9,016 bases of DNA from an uncultured archaeon (lineage in GTDB: Archaea > Asgardarchaeota > Lokiarchaeia > Sigyniarchaeales > Promethearchaeaceae): assembly GCA_964426185.1 (NCBI GenBank), contig CAYRPF010000102.1, forward strand, positions 1 to 9,016, in the 5' to 3' direction. Made by a program: the position numbers and the translations under genes. Below the pieces are notes generated by a model. That model worked only from the letters and a program-made list of their open reading frames with translations, searched no databases and was not told the origin of the DNA. Within the stretch, counting starts at the first letter, position 1, and each line of letters starts with the position of its first letter. Below are positions 1-7,410 of this stretch, one piece after another.

Positions 1-1388
1 AATGGGTTAATATAGTTGGAAGGATCGTTGTAGTCTGGAGCCCATCCGATCATATAGAGTTCTAATTTGTCAAAATCGCCTAATAATCGATCGAGGTATT
101 CACCCCAGGTCATACCAGTTAAAGCAACATAAATACCAATATCACGGAGATTATTCATTACAACGACACCTAAGTCTGCACGAACTTCATTTCCTGTATT
201 CCAGGTGTAATTATATATTCCAACAGGCTGTGTGGCTGCTAAATCTCTCCAATATTCACTATCATTTAAGTGGTCGGCAGCACCTACTGGAGCTAGATCA
301 TTATCAATTAAGATTTGTCGAGCCTTGGTGACATTATATGTAGCTGGTTCACAATCAGGATTATGGTACAGAATACCTTCAGGAACTGGGCTTGTCATCC
401 GTTCAGCATTTCCTAAAGCGATTTCTTCAATAATGTAATCATAATCGATTGCATAACTGATAGCTTGTCGCATAGGCTGATTAATTCGCTTGTTGTTCAT
501 ACCCATGTACAAGATAACGGTTGATTTTCTTTGTTCTTGAACTGAAAAGAATTCAGATTCTTCATATTGCTCCAAAAATTCAGGAGAAGCACCATCAACC
601 CAATCAATATCACCTGCTAAGAAGGCTTGGTTTTTCGCGGTTCCGTCTTCATAGTAGAGGAACATGATATTTTTGATGAATTTTTCAGGTCGTTCACCAT
701 GCCAGTCTTCGAAATACTCTAATTTGGTGTATTCATCAGTTTGTTCGATGTATTTGTAAGGACCAGTTCCAATCAAAGTATCGGTGGCAACGTCCATTAA
801 AGCATCGGTAGGATACTCATCTTCGGGTAAGATCACAGAACCACTGAAGCATAATAAAGGAACAAAAGCTACGTAAGGATAGTTCAAGGTAAATTTGACT
901 GTATAATCGTCAACAGCTTCTGTCTTGTTGATTACTAAAGGAGTTCCAGGATAGACACCTGCTAAGGGTTCGTATAATTCAGCGATTTGAGAATCACCAG
1001 ATTCAATTAAAGCATTTAATCGATCGAAGGTATAAACCACATCATCAGCAGTTAAGGTGGAACCATCATGGAAGGTAACACCTTGTTTCAAAGTAACTGT
1101 AAATACATCTGCTTCGGCATTCCAAGTTCCCATATCAGTAGAAAGAACTGGAACAATGGCAAGTTCAGGATCGCTTAAGTTATAACCAAACAATCCTTCA
1201 CAAACTTGATCAATCACATCAATGGAAGCGCTGTCCCATGCTTGATGAGGATCTAAATCCACAACCAAGGAACCGACACCATAATACAAGGTATCATCTG
1301 CTTCACCAGCCATAACAGCGGCTGGAGCGGCAGCAAAAGCGCTTACCATCAAGACTGCAAGTAAGGCATAAATACTTCCTTTTTTCAT
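1..1388 (-). CDS. oppA: Peptide/oligopeptide ABC transporter substrate-binding protein (SBP family 5, OppA/DppA-like), 3'-truncated by the window edge
   Basis: Manual translation from ATG at 1388 is open to the window edge (462 codons). It begins MKKGSIYALLAVLMVSAFAAAPAAVMAGEADDTLYYGVGSLVVDLDPHQAWD and contains the family-5 motifs TVTLKQGVTFHDGSTLTADDVVYTFDR, IGTGPY, MRQAISYAID and GWAPDYNDP. Sec signal peptide with no lipobox Cys. Absent from the ORF track because it has no stop in the window. Confidence 0.95.
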   Translation of the reverse strand, partial: MKKGSIYALLAVLMVSAFAAAPAAVMAGEADDTLYYGVGSLVVDLDPHQAWDSASIDVIDQVCEGLFGYNLSDPELAIVPVLSTDMGTWNAEADVFTVTLKQGVTFHDGSTLTADDVVYTFDRLNALIESGDSQIAELYEPLAGVYPGTPLVINKTEAVDDYTVKFTLNYPYVAFVPLLCFSGSVILPEDEYPTDALMDVATDTLIGTGPYKYIEQTDEYTKLEYFEDWHGERPEKFIKNIMFLYYEDGTAKNQAFLAGDIDWVDGASPEFLEQYEESEFFSVQEQRKSTVILYMGMNNKRINQPMRQAISYAIDYDYIIEEIALGNAERMTSPVPEGILYHNPDCEPATYNVTKARQILIDNDLAPVGAADHLNDSEYWRDLAATQPVGIYNYTWNTGNEVRADLGVVVMNNLRDIGIYVALTGMTWGEYLDRLLGDFDKLELYMIGWAPDYNDPSNYINP

Positions 1389-1406
1389 AACAATCACATA
1401 ATATTT

Positions 1407-1455
1407 TGTTTCCTTAATTCCAAAAAATTAATTTTTATTAAGAAATCAAGGAACA
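1407..1455 (-). other. RNA hairpin in the predicted 5' UTR of the SBP mRNA
   Basis: Minus-strand UUCCUUGAUUUC (1453-1442) pairs with GGAAUUAAGGAA (1421-1410): 12 bp including two G-U pairs. It encloses the 14-bp palindrome AAAAATTAATTTTT (1423-1436). Confidence 0.6.
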
Positions 1456-1477
1456 TTTTAATAATTAGTGTTTAACC

Positions 1478-1492
1478 TATATAAAAATTTCG
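1478..1492 (-). promoter_or_regulatory. Archaeal promoter (BRE + TATA box) for the SBP gene
   Basis: Minus strand reads CGAAA-TTTTTATATA (1492->1478): a purine-rich BRE directly followed by a consensus TTTATATA box. Predicts a TSS near 1455 and a 5' UTR of about 65 nt. Confidence 0.75.
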
Positions 1493-2090
1493 ATTTGAAA
1501 TTTAATGCAAACTAGTATTTAACAAGATAAATCAAAGTTTAGAGAGTAAATTTCAATTTATTAAGGGTCAAATTAAGAATTAGCATGAATTTTTTCTAAA
1601 ACCGTTAAATTTTATTCTGTTTTGCCAAAAATAAGGTGTTGCACTTTCGGGCCAATTTTCAATTACGAAAATAAATTATTCGTTACTCTTTTATATGTTA
1701 TAACTTTGATAAGAAGCATACTAATATATTTTTATTACTTTTCAATTGAACCAAATCTTGATTTCTCGTTTATGATGAAAAATATGATGGTTCATTTTTC
1801 AAGAAATTATTTTAAGATTGTTGGTTATTGACAGAAAAAAGAATATTTTTGTTTATTTTGAAACTGAAATCTCAAATAAAAGACCAAATATCTTTTCTAA
1901 TTATTGATTCCAATAATTCATTAATTCAAAAAAAATAATTTTTTCATATATTTGCATTTATCGGAAAATAAATTAATTTACCTTAAGTTTTACTTCTTTC
2001 GTGTATTTTGTAGAAATTTCTAAAACATCAAATCGTTTTAATCTCAATTAGGAATATCTTCTTTTTCTTTATTCAAAATTTCACTTCAAT

Positions 2091-2106
2091 GAAAAAGTTA
2101 AAATAA
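2091..2106 (+). promoter_or_regulatory. Candidate BRE/TATA promoter for the permease/ATPase operon
   Basis: GAAAAAG-TTAAAATAA about 155 bp upstream of the ATG at 2261. The region is very AT-rich and alternative boxes exist (e.g. TTTTTTATA at 2113-2121). Confidence 0.35.
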
Positions 2107-2260
2107 GGTCAATTTTTTATAGTATATAATTAAAAATTTTACTTTGTAAAACATTTTTTCTTTTTTCAATAATCATTTTTTTTGTTGAATAAAAATAAAA
2201 GAAACACACGGTGAACTTTCATGTTTCAAATATTTGTTGGTTTAAAGAGTTGAATGAAAA

Positions 2261-2908
2261 ATGGCTGAAGAAGAAGTAGCTGAAACATTAAATATAGAGA
2301 AAAAATCAAACTTTTTAACAAAAATAAAAATGAAATTAAGTTTAAGTCAAAACATTATTGTCGGTGTTTTATTACTATATTTCATTTTTTTTGGATGGAT
2401 TACTAACTGTGGAACACCTGAGATTCAAAATAATCCTCAAGATTATCCACCAGATAATATTCTATTTGTTTATGCAACTTTTTTTAATTTTGAGGATAAG
2501 TTTCATGCTTGGGGTTTACACATTCCTGAACTTTTAGAATTTATTTATGAAATACCTGTTGCTGCAAGTTTGATTATCTTGATATTGATTGGAATTTATC
2601 AATCCTATAGAGAAAATTTTGTAGTTTATGGGATAAAAAATAATCTATGGACAGTTCCGTTTATAATCTTGATTTCTTGGATTTGGACATCTATAAATGC
2701 TCATGAGTTAATTTTTATCACCATAGGAAGATATTTCTCTTCATATCATGGATATCTCAACCTTATAGTGCTTATTTTTGTATATTGTTTGGCAGGATAT
2801 ATTGGTTCATGGTTAAAAACAGTGAAGCAAAGAAGAGATGCTCTCTTAAAAGAAAAAGCAATGGAGATCTATCAGAAAGTTAGAAGAGTAGAAACGGAGA
2901 TTCAATAA
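2261..2908 (+). CDS. Uncharacterised integral membrane protein (~4 TM helices), first gene of the opp permease operon
   Basis: 215-aa ORF with hydrophobic segments NIIVGVLLLYFIFFGWI, IPVAASLIILILIGIY, LWTVPFIILISWIWTSI and LNLIVLIFVYCLAGYIGSWL, plus a charged helical C-tail. It ends 16 bp before oppB. Confidence 0.85.
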   Translation: MAEEEVAETLNIEKKSNFLTKIKMKLSLSQNIIVGVLLLYFIFFGWITNCGTPEIQNNPQDYPPDNILFVYATFFNFEDKFHAWGLHIPELLEFIYEIPVAASLIILILIGIYQSYRENFVVYGIKNNLWTVPFIILISWIWTSINAHELIFITIGRYFSSYHGYLNLIVLIFVYCLAGYIGSWLKTVKQRRDALLKEKAMEIYQKVRRVETEIQ

Positions 2909-2913
2909 GTTAA

Positions 2914-2920
2914 GAGGTGA
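2914..2920 (+). promoter_or_regulatory. Shine-Dalgarno site of oppB
   Basis: GAGGTGA ending 4 nt upstream of ATG 2925; the GGTGA core is typical of archaeal SD sites. Confidence 0.75.
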
Positions 2921-2924
2921 AAAA

Positions 2925-3974
2925 ATGAGTTTACTAAAATATACAATAAGAAGAATTTTAGCATTAATACCCATTTTATTAGGAGTTATGTTTTTAACGT
3001 TTTGGTTAGTACGTGCAATGCCTAGTGACCCTTGGACTTTAATGCTAGGGGATAGTAATCTTACACAATCAAAATTGGATTTCATTGAAGCTCAAAAAAT
3101 AAAATGGGGTGAAATTGATGAAAATGGGAATCCTGTTCCGATATTTACTCAATTTTTAATATATATAAAGAATTTATTAACTGGAGATTGGGGTGTTTCG
3201 ATAGTTGTAGATAAAGATCGACCAGTTTGGGAAGTTATTTCTTCTCGTTTCCCAAAAACCTTTGAAATCACAATTTTAGCAATCACCTTTTCAACGTTGA
3301 TTGGCATTCGCGCTGGAATTTTTTCAGCTGTGCATCGAAATGAATGGTCGGATACAATTATTCGATTCATTGCATTAGTAGGAGTTGCAATTCCTGTATT
3401 TTGGTTAGGTATGATTCTACAATATATCTTCGCTATTAAATTAAGTTGGGTAGATGCAACATTATATCAAAGTCCAAGATACCTTCTCTTCAAATCAGAT
3501 ATAACTGGATTAAGACTCTTAGATTCCTTACTGAAAGGAGAATTCAAGGTCTTTTGGGATACTGTTAGTCATCTAATATTGCCGATATTTTGCCTAACCT
3601 TCATCAGTCTTGCTGGAATTACCCGACAAACTCGTTCAAGTATGCTTGAAGTATTAGAGTTAGATTATATTAGGACAGCTCGGGCTAAGGGATGCACTGA
3701 AAAGCAAGTTATCTATAAACACGCTTGGAAAAACGCACAGATCACCACTATCACAATTGTTGGTTTAAGTTTCGCAGGGCTTCTTGGTGGTGCAGTTTTA
3801 ACAGAAACTACATTTCAATTAAATGGAATGGGAATGTTAACAATTGCAGCGATCAATGCACAAGATTATTTCTTGATCAATGCCAGTGTTTTTCTTATGA
3901 CAATTATTTTTGTGTTGGCAAATTTGATCACGGATATCTTATATGGAGTAGTAGATCCTAGAATAAGATATTAA
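2925..3974 (+). CDS. oppB: Oligopeptide/dipeptide ABC transporter permease (OppB/DppB)
   Basis: N-terminal YTIRRILALIPILLGVMFLTFWLVRAMPSDP, GDWGVS, RFPKTFEI, AIPVFWLG, HLILP, EAA loop YIRTARAKGCTEKQVIYKHAWKNA, and C-terminal DILYGVVDPRIRY. Confidence 0.96.
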   Translation: MSLLKYTIRRILALIPILLGVMFLTFWLVRAMPSDPWTLMLGDSNLTQSKLDFIEAQKIKWGEIDENGNPVPIFTQFLIYIKNLLTGDWGVSIVVDKDRPVWEVISSRFPKTFEITILAITFSTLIGIRAGIFSAVHRNEWSDTIIRFIALVGVAIPVFWLGMILQYIFAIKLSWVDATLYQSPRYLLFKSDITGLRLLDSLLKGEFKVFWDTVSHLILPIFCLTFISLAGITRQTRSSMLEVLELDYIRTARAKGCTEKQVIYKHAWKNAQITTITIVGLSFAGLLGGAVLTETTFQLNGMGMLTIAAINAQDYFLINASVFLMTIIFVLANLITDILYGVVDPRIRY

Positions 3975-3988
3975 ATGGAGGAATGAAG

Positions 3989-5005
3989 ATGTCAGAAATA
4001 AAAATTTCAAATATTGAAGCAAAATTATACAAACCAGAGCCGTTTAAAAAACAAGTTGCTGAATTAGGATCAAAATATCTTGGTTTTCTATTCGTTCCAG
4101 GAAAAACAGATCCTGAATTAGAACGCCGAAAAATGCTTCTTACTCGATTTCAAAGTAAGCGAAAATTCATTTCAAAATTGAATAATCCACTTACAATACT
4201 TGGGTTTATTATTTTGTTCATTGTATTAACATGGGCAATTTTCGCACCTTTGATAACTCACTTTGACTTCTATGCAATCAATTTAGTTGCTGAAGGTGAA
4301 ACTGGATGGGCTCCCCCAGATGATGTTCATATTTTAGGAACTGCTAAGTTTGGTCGTGACGTTTATTCAAGGTTAATTTGGGGTGCTCGTTCTTCACTAA
4401 CAATGGGTCTATTCTCTATTATCATTAGTGTTACACTGGGAACTTTGTTAGGTATTTATTCTGCTTATCAAGGTGGATTAGTCGATAACTTAATCATGCG
4501 ACTTGTTGATATTATAATGGCATTCCCAGGATTAATTATTGTAATTATTATCATTTCGATATTAGGCCCCTCAATGGAAAATATCCTAACTGTTTATGGA
4601 ATATTAGGGATTCCAGGATATGCGCGATTAGTCCGTGGAACAGCACTTCAAGAAAAAAATAAAACTTATGTAGAAGCAGCAAGAGTATCTGGAGCAAGCA
4701 ATACGAAAATAATATTCCGACATATTTTACCAAATTGTTTAGCCCCTGTATTAGTATCCTTTACCTTTGATATCGGAGGAATTATTTTAAGTTTAGCGGG
4801 CTTGGCATATTTAGGATTTTCGGACCCCACCTTAATTGAATGGGGAAATGATATCCAATATGCTAGATCAAAGATTTATAAAGCACCTTATGCAGCATTT
4901 ACTCCTGGTTTTGGTATCCTTATTACCGTGCTAGCGTTTATGTTAATAGGTGATGGATTGAGAGATGCTTTTGATCCAAGATTACAAGGAAAGAAGAAAA
5001 AGTAA
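3989..5005 (+). CDS. oppC: Oligopeptide/dipeptide ABC transporter permease (OppC/DppC)
   Basis: HILGTAKFGRDVYSRLIWGARSSL, MRLVDIIMAFP, EAA loop YVEAARVSGASNTKIIFRHILPN, GDGLRDAFDP. Start placed at 3989 rather than 3983 because GGAGG (3977-3981) is properly spaced only to 3989. Confidence 0.95.
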   Translation: MSEIKISNIEAKLYKPEPFKKQVAELGSKYLGFLFVPGKTDPELERRKMLLTRFQSKRKFISKLNNPLTILGFIILFIVLTWAIFAPLITHFDFYAINLVAEGETGWAPPDDVHILGTAKFGRDVYSRLIWGARSSLTMGLFSIIISVTLGTLLGIYSAYQGGLVDNLIMRLVDIIMAFPGLIIVIIIISILGPSMENILTVYGILGIPGYARLVRGTALQEKNKTYVEAARVSGASNTKIIFRHILPNCLAPVLVSFTFDIGGIILSLAGLAYLGFSDPTLIEWGNDIQYARSKIYKAPYAAFTPGFGILITVLAFMLIGDGLRDAFDPRLQGKKKK

Positions 5006-5021
5006 AAGGAGAATCTATAAA

Positions 5022-6272
5022 ATGAGTGATACAAAAAATTACACCACAATTAGCGATACTTCAAAAACTGAAAGCGACACAGCTTTACTAAAAGTTGAAG
5101 ATCTTCATACTTATTTTTTTACAGAAGAAGGCACTGTTAAAGCAGTTGATGGTGTTTCTTTTACAATAAATAAGGATGAGATTTTAGGTTTAGTTGGTGA
5201 AACAGGTTGTGGAAAGTCCGTAACTGCTCTTTCTATTCTGAAACTTGTTCGCACTCCAGGAAAAATAATATCAGGCAAATTGATTTTTGATGGAGAAGAT
5301 TTAGTTGAAAAATCGGAAGAAGAAATGCTGAAATATCGAGGCAATGAAATTACTATGATTTTCCAAGATCCAATGAACTCCTTAAACCCTGTAATGAAAG
5401 TTGGAGATCAATTGGCTGAAGTATACATGCTTCATCAAAAAGAGTATTTGAAGGAAGAATTAGCAAAATCCCGACAAGAAAATAGCATTTTGAAAGAAAA
5501 ACTTAAGCAAATGAAAGCTGACTTGAAAAATGCTTCTGAAGAAGGTGCTGAAACTCTAAAAGTTCAAATCAATGCTTTGAAACGTAAAGTCAAGCGTCGA
5601 ATTACTTTGAAAGATATTGCTTATCGAGAATCATCACAACTACTAGATAGGATTGGTTTGCCTAATGCGGACACTTTGATCAATCGTTATCCTCATGAAT
5701 TATCTGGTGGAATGCGCCAACGGATAATGATCGCAATGGGTTTAGCTTGTAACTCAAAATTACTAATCTGTGATGAACCTACAACTGCATTAGATGTTAC
5801 CATTCAAGCTCAGATTTTGGATATGATTCGGGAACTAAAAAAACGATTAGGCAATTCTATTCTCTTCATCACACATTCTTTAGGAGTTATTTATGAGTTA
5901 TGTGATCGAGTTGCCGTAATGTATTCAGGAAATATAGTAGAATATGGAACAGTAGAAAACATATTTGAACATCCTCAACATCCATACACACAAGGTCTTC
6001 TTTCAGCAATTCCAAAAGTAACCCCCGAATCGAGGAAAGAAAAATTGACAATCATTAAAGGAATGGTCCCAAATTTGATCTTTCCTCCTTCAGGTTGTCG
6101 ATTTCACCCTCGATGTAAGCATGCTATGAAAATTTGCCAGAAAATTAGACCGAAATTAACCAATATGGAGAATGAAGTTCAGGTTGCATGTCATCTATAT
6201 GATGAAGATAAATCAGATACTGAATTATACAGCCCCTTAACGGAAGAAGAAAGATTGGAGGCGAGTTTCTAA
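5022..6272 (+). CDS. oppD: Oligopeptide ABC transporter ATP-binding protein (OppD/DppD)
   Basis: Walker [10 protein letters not shown]-loop [12 protein letters not shown], signature [12 protein letters not shown], Walker [12 protein letters not shown]-loop ITHS, and C-terminal HPYT...GCRFHPRC. Start placed at 5022 (MSDTK, AGGAG at 5007-5011), which avoids overlap with oppC. Confidence 0.96.
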   Translation: MSDTKNYTTISDTSKTESDTALLKVEDLHTYFFTEEGTVKAVDGVSFTINKDEILGLVGETGCGKSVTALSILKLVRTPGKIISGKLIFDGEDLVEKSEEEMLKYRGNEITMIFQDPMNSLNPVMKVGDQLAEVYMLHQKEYLKEELAKSRQENSILKEKLKQMKADLKNASEEGAETLKVQINALKRKVKRRITLKDIAYRESSQLLDRIGLPNADTLINRYPHELSGGMRQRIMIAMGLACNSKLLICDEPTTALDVTIQAQILDMIRELKKRLGNSILFITHSLGVIYELCDRVAVMYSGNIVEYGTVENIFEHPQHPYTQGLLSAIPKVTPESRKEKLTIIKGMVPNLIFPPSGCRFHPRCKHAMKICQKIRPKLTNMENEVQVACHLYDEDKSDTELYSPLTEEERLEASF

Positions 6273-7297
6273 TGACTGAAATAACAGATAAAATAATTTC
6301 AGACGAATTTGATAAAAATACTCCTATTTTAACGGTAAACGATTTAAAAGTTGACTATCCGATAATTGGTGGTATTTTTATGCGAAAAATAGGAGTTGTT
6401 CAAGCAGTTCGAGGTATTAGTTTTGAATTATTTCCAGAAGAAACTTTAGGAATTGTCGGTGAAAGTGGATGTGGAAAGACTACTATTGCTAAGGCAATTT
6501 TAAATTTAGTTAAAACCTCTGGTGGCCAAATCTTATATAAAAATGAGGAAATTCAAAACCAATTGAACAAAAAGAAAAAGATTCGCCAAAAAGTCCAAAT
6601 GGTTTTTCAAGACCCTGATGCTTCACTCAATCCACGGATGAAAATTGTGGACATCATCGGTGAACCATTACGAAATTTAAGAAGAATGAAAGATAGAATT
6701 GAAATCCGACAACGTGTCTTAGAACTAATGGATCAAGTTTCCCTTAAAGCAGAACACTTAGATCGTTATCCTCATGAATTTTCAGGTGGACAAAAACAGC
6801 GAATTGTAATTGCACGAGCATTAGCATGTGATCCAGATGTAGTTGTGTTAGACGAACCAACTTCTGCCTTGGACGTATCAGTACAAGCTCAGATCTTGAA
6901 TTTATTGCAAGATCTACAAAAGAAATATCATTTAGCATACATCTTCATTACGCATGACCTTTCAGTTATCCACCATATTGGACATCGAATTGGTGTCATG
7001 TACTTAGGTAAATTTGTGGAAACTGGAAATATTGAAGATATCTTCTATAACAACCAGCATCCTTATACTCAAGCGTTGTTATCTGCAAGACCTGCGGTAA
7101 GTAAAACAGAATTACAAGAAAAAATCATTTTAGAAGGCGAAATTCCATCTCCTTCAAATCCTCCAAGTGGATGCTCATTCCATCCCCGATGTCAAGCCAA
7201 AATGCTTCCAGAATGCAATAAAAAGGTTCCTGAAGAGTATGCTCTTTCAGAGTCTCATCATATCTGGTGTTGGCAATTCAGAAGAGATGAAATCTAA
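6272..7297 (+). CDS. oppF: Oligopeptide ABC transporter ATP-binding protein (OppF/DppF)
   Basis: Walker A GESGCGKT, MVFQDPDASLNP, YPHEFSGGQKQR, LDEPTSALDVSVQAQILNLL, ITHD, HPYT...GCSFHPRC. TAATG stop/start overlap with oppD and GGAGG at 6257-6261. Confidence 0.96.
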   Translation: MTEITDKIISDEFDKNTPILTVNDLKVDYPIIGGIFMRKIGVVQAVRGISFELFPEETLGIVGESGCGKTTIAKAILNLVKTSGGQILYKNEEIQNQLNKKKKIRQKVQMVFQDPDASLNPRMKIVDIIGEPLRNLRRMKDRIEIRQRVLELMDQVSLKAEHLDRYPHEFSGGQKQRIVIARALACDPDVVVLDEPTSALDVSVQAQILNLLQDLQKKYHLAYIFITHDLSVIHHIGHRIGVMYLGKFVETGNIEDIFYNNQHPYTQALLSARPAVSKTELQEKIILEGEIPSPSNPPSGCSFHPRCQAKMLPECNKKVPEEYALSESHHIWCWQFRRDEI

Positions 7298-7320
7298 TAA
7301 ATAATATTAACACTCTATTT

Positions 7321-7350
7321 GGAGGGAAAAAACTCTTTTTTTTTATTTCT
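7321..7350 (+). terminator. Oligo-T terminator of the opp operon
   Basis: T9 tract (7336-7344) followed by ATTTCTTT, about 40 nt after the oppF stop, preceded by a weak GGAG...CTCT stem. Confidence 0.6.
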
Positions 7351-7375
7351 TTAAAATATAAATTCAATAAACCTA

Positions 7376-7392
7376 TCAAAACCATTTATTAA
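7376..7392 (+). promoter_or_regulatory. Candidate BRE/TATA for the 348-aa hypothetical gene (leaderless or short leader)
   Basis: CAAAACCA-TTTATTAA with the box at 7385-7392, shortly upstream of ATGs at 7411 and 7426; no SD is visible. Confidence 0.4.
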
Positions 7393-7410
7393 TTTAATAA
7401 TTTCTCATGG

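Noticed and set aside
232-438. 68-aa plus-strand ORF
   Set aside because: Antisense shadow inside the well-supported SBP gene.
1395-1470. Longer extension of the SBP leader hairpin that would sequester the SD-like GUGA
   Set aside because: Needs several bulges, and the outer 5' arm (1456-1470) lies upstream of the predicted TSS, so it is probably not transcribed.
1622-1831. 69-aa intergenic ORF (TTG start, hydrophobic)
   Set aside because: No SD, TTG start, and an F/I/Y/N-rich composition expected from random AT-rich DNA; no recognisable motif. Not strictly excluded.
1667-1975. 12-bp direct repeat GAAAATAAATTA at 1667-1678 and 1964-1975
   Set aside because: Almost all A/T in a very AT-rich region, only two copies about 300 bp apart; plausible by chance and not CRISPR-like.
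2251-2253. In-frame TGA between the two mini-ORFs as selenocysteine/readthrough
   Set aside because: The product would be only 15 aa, and no SECIS-like element or redox motif is evident.
4965-5021. ORF-track N-terminal extension of OppD
   Set aside because: Overlaps the oppC 3' end; the SD position supports ATG 5022.
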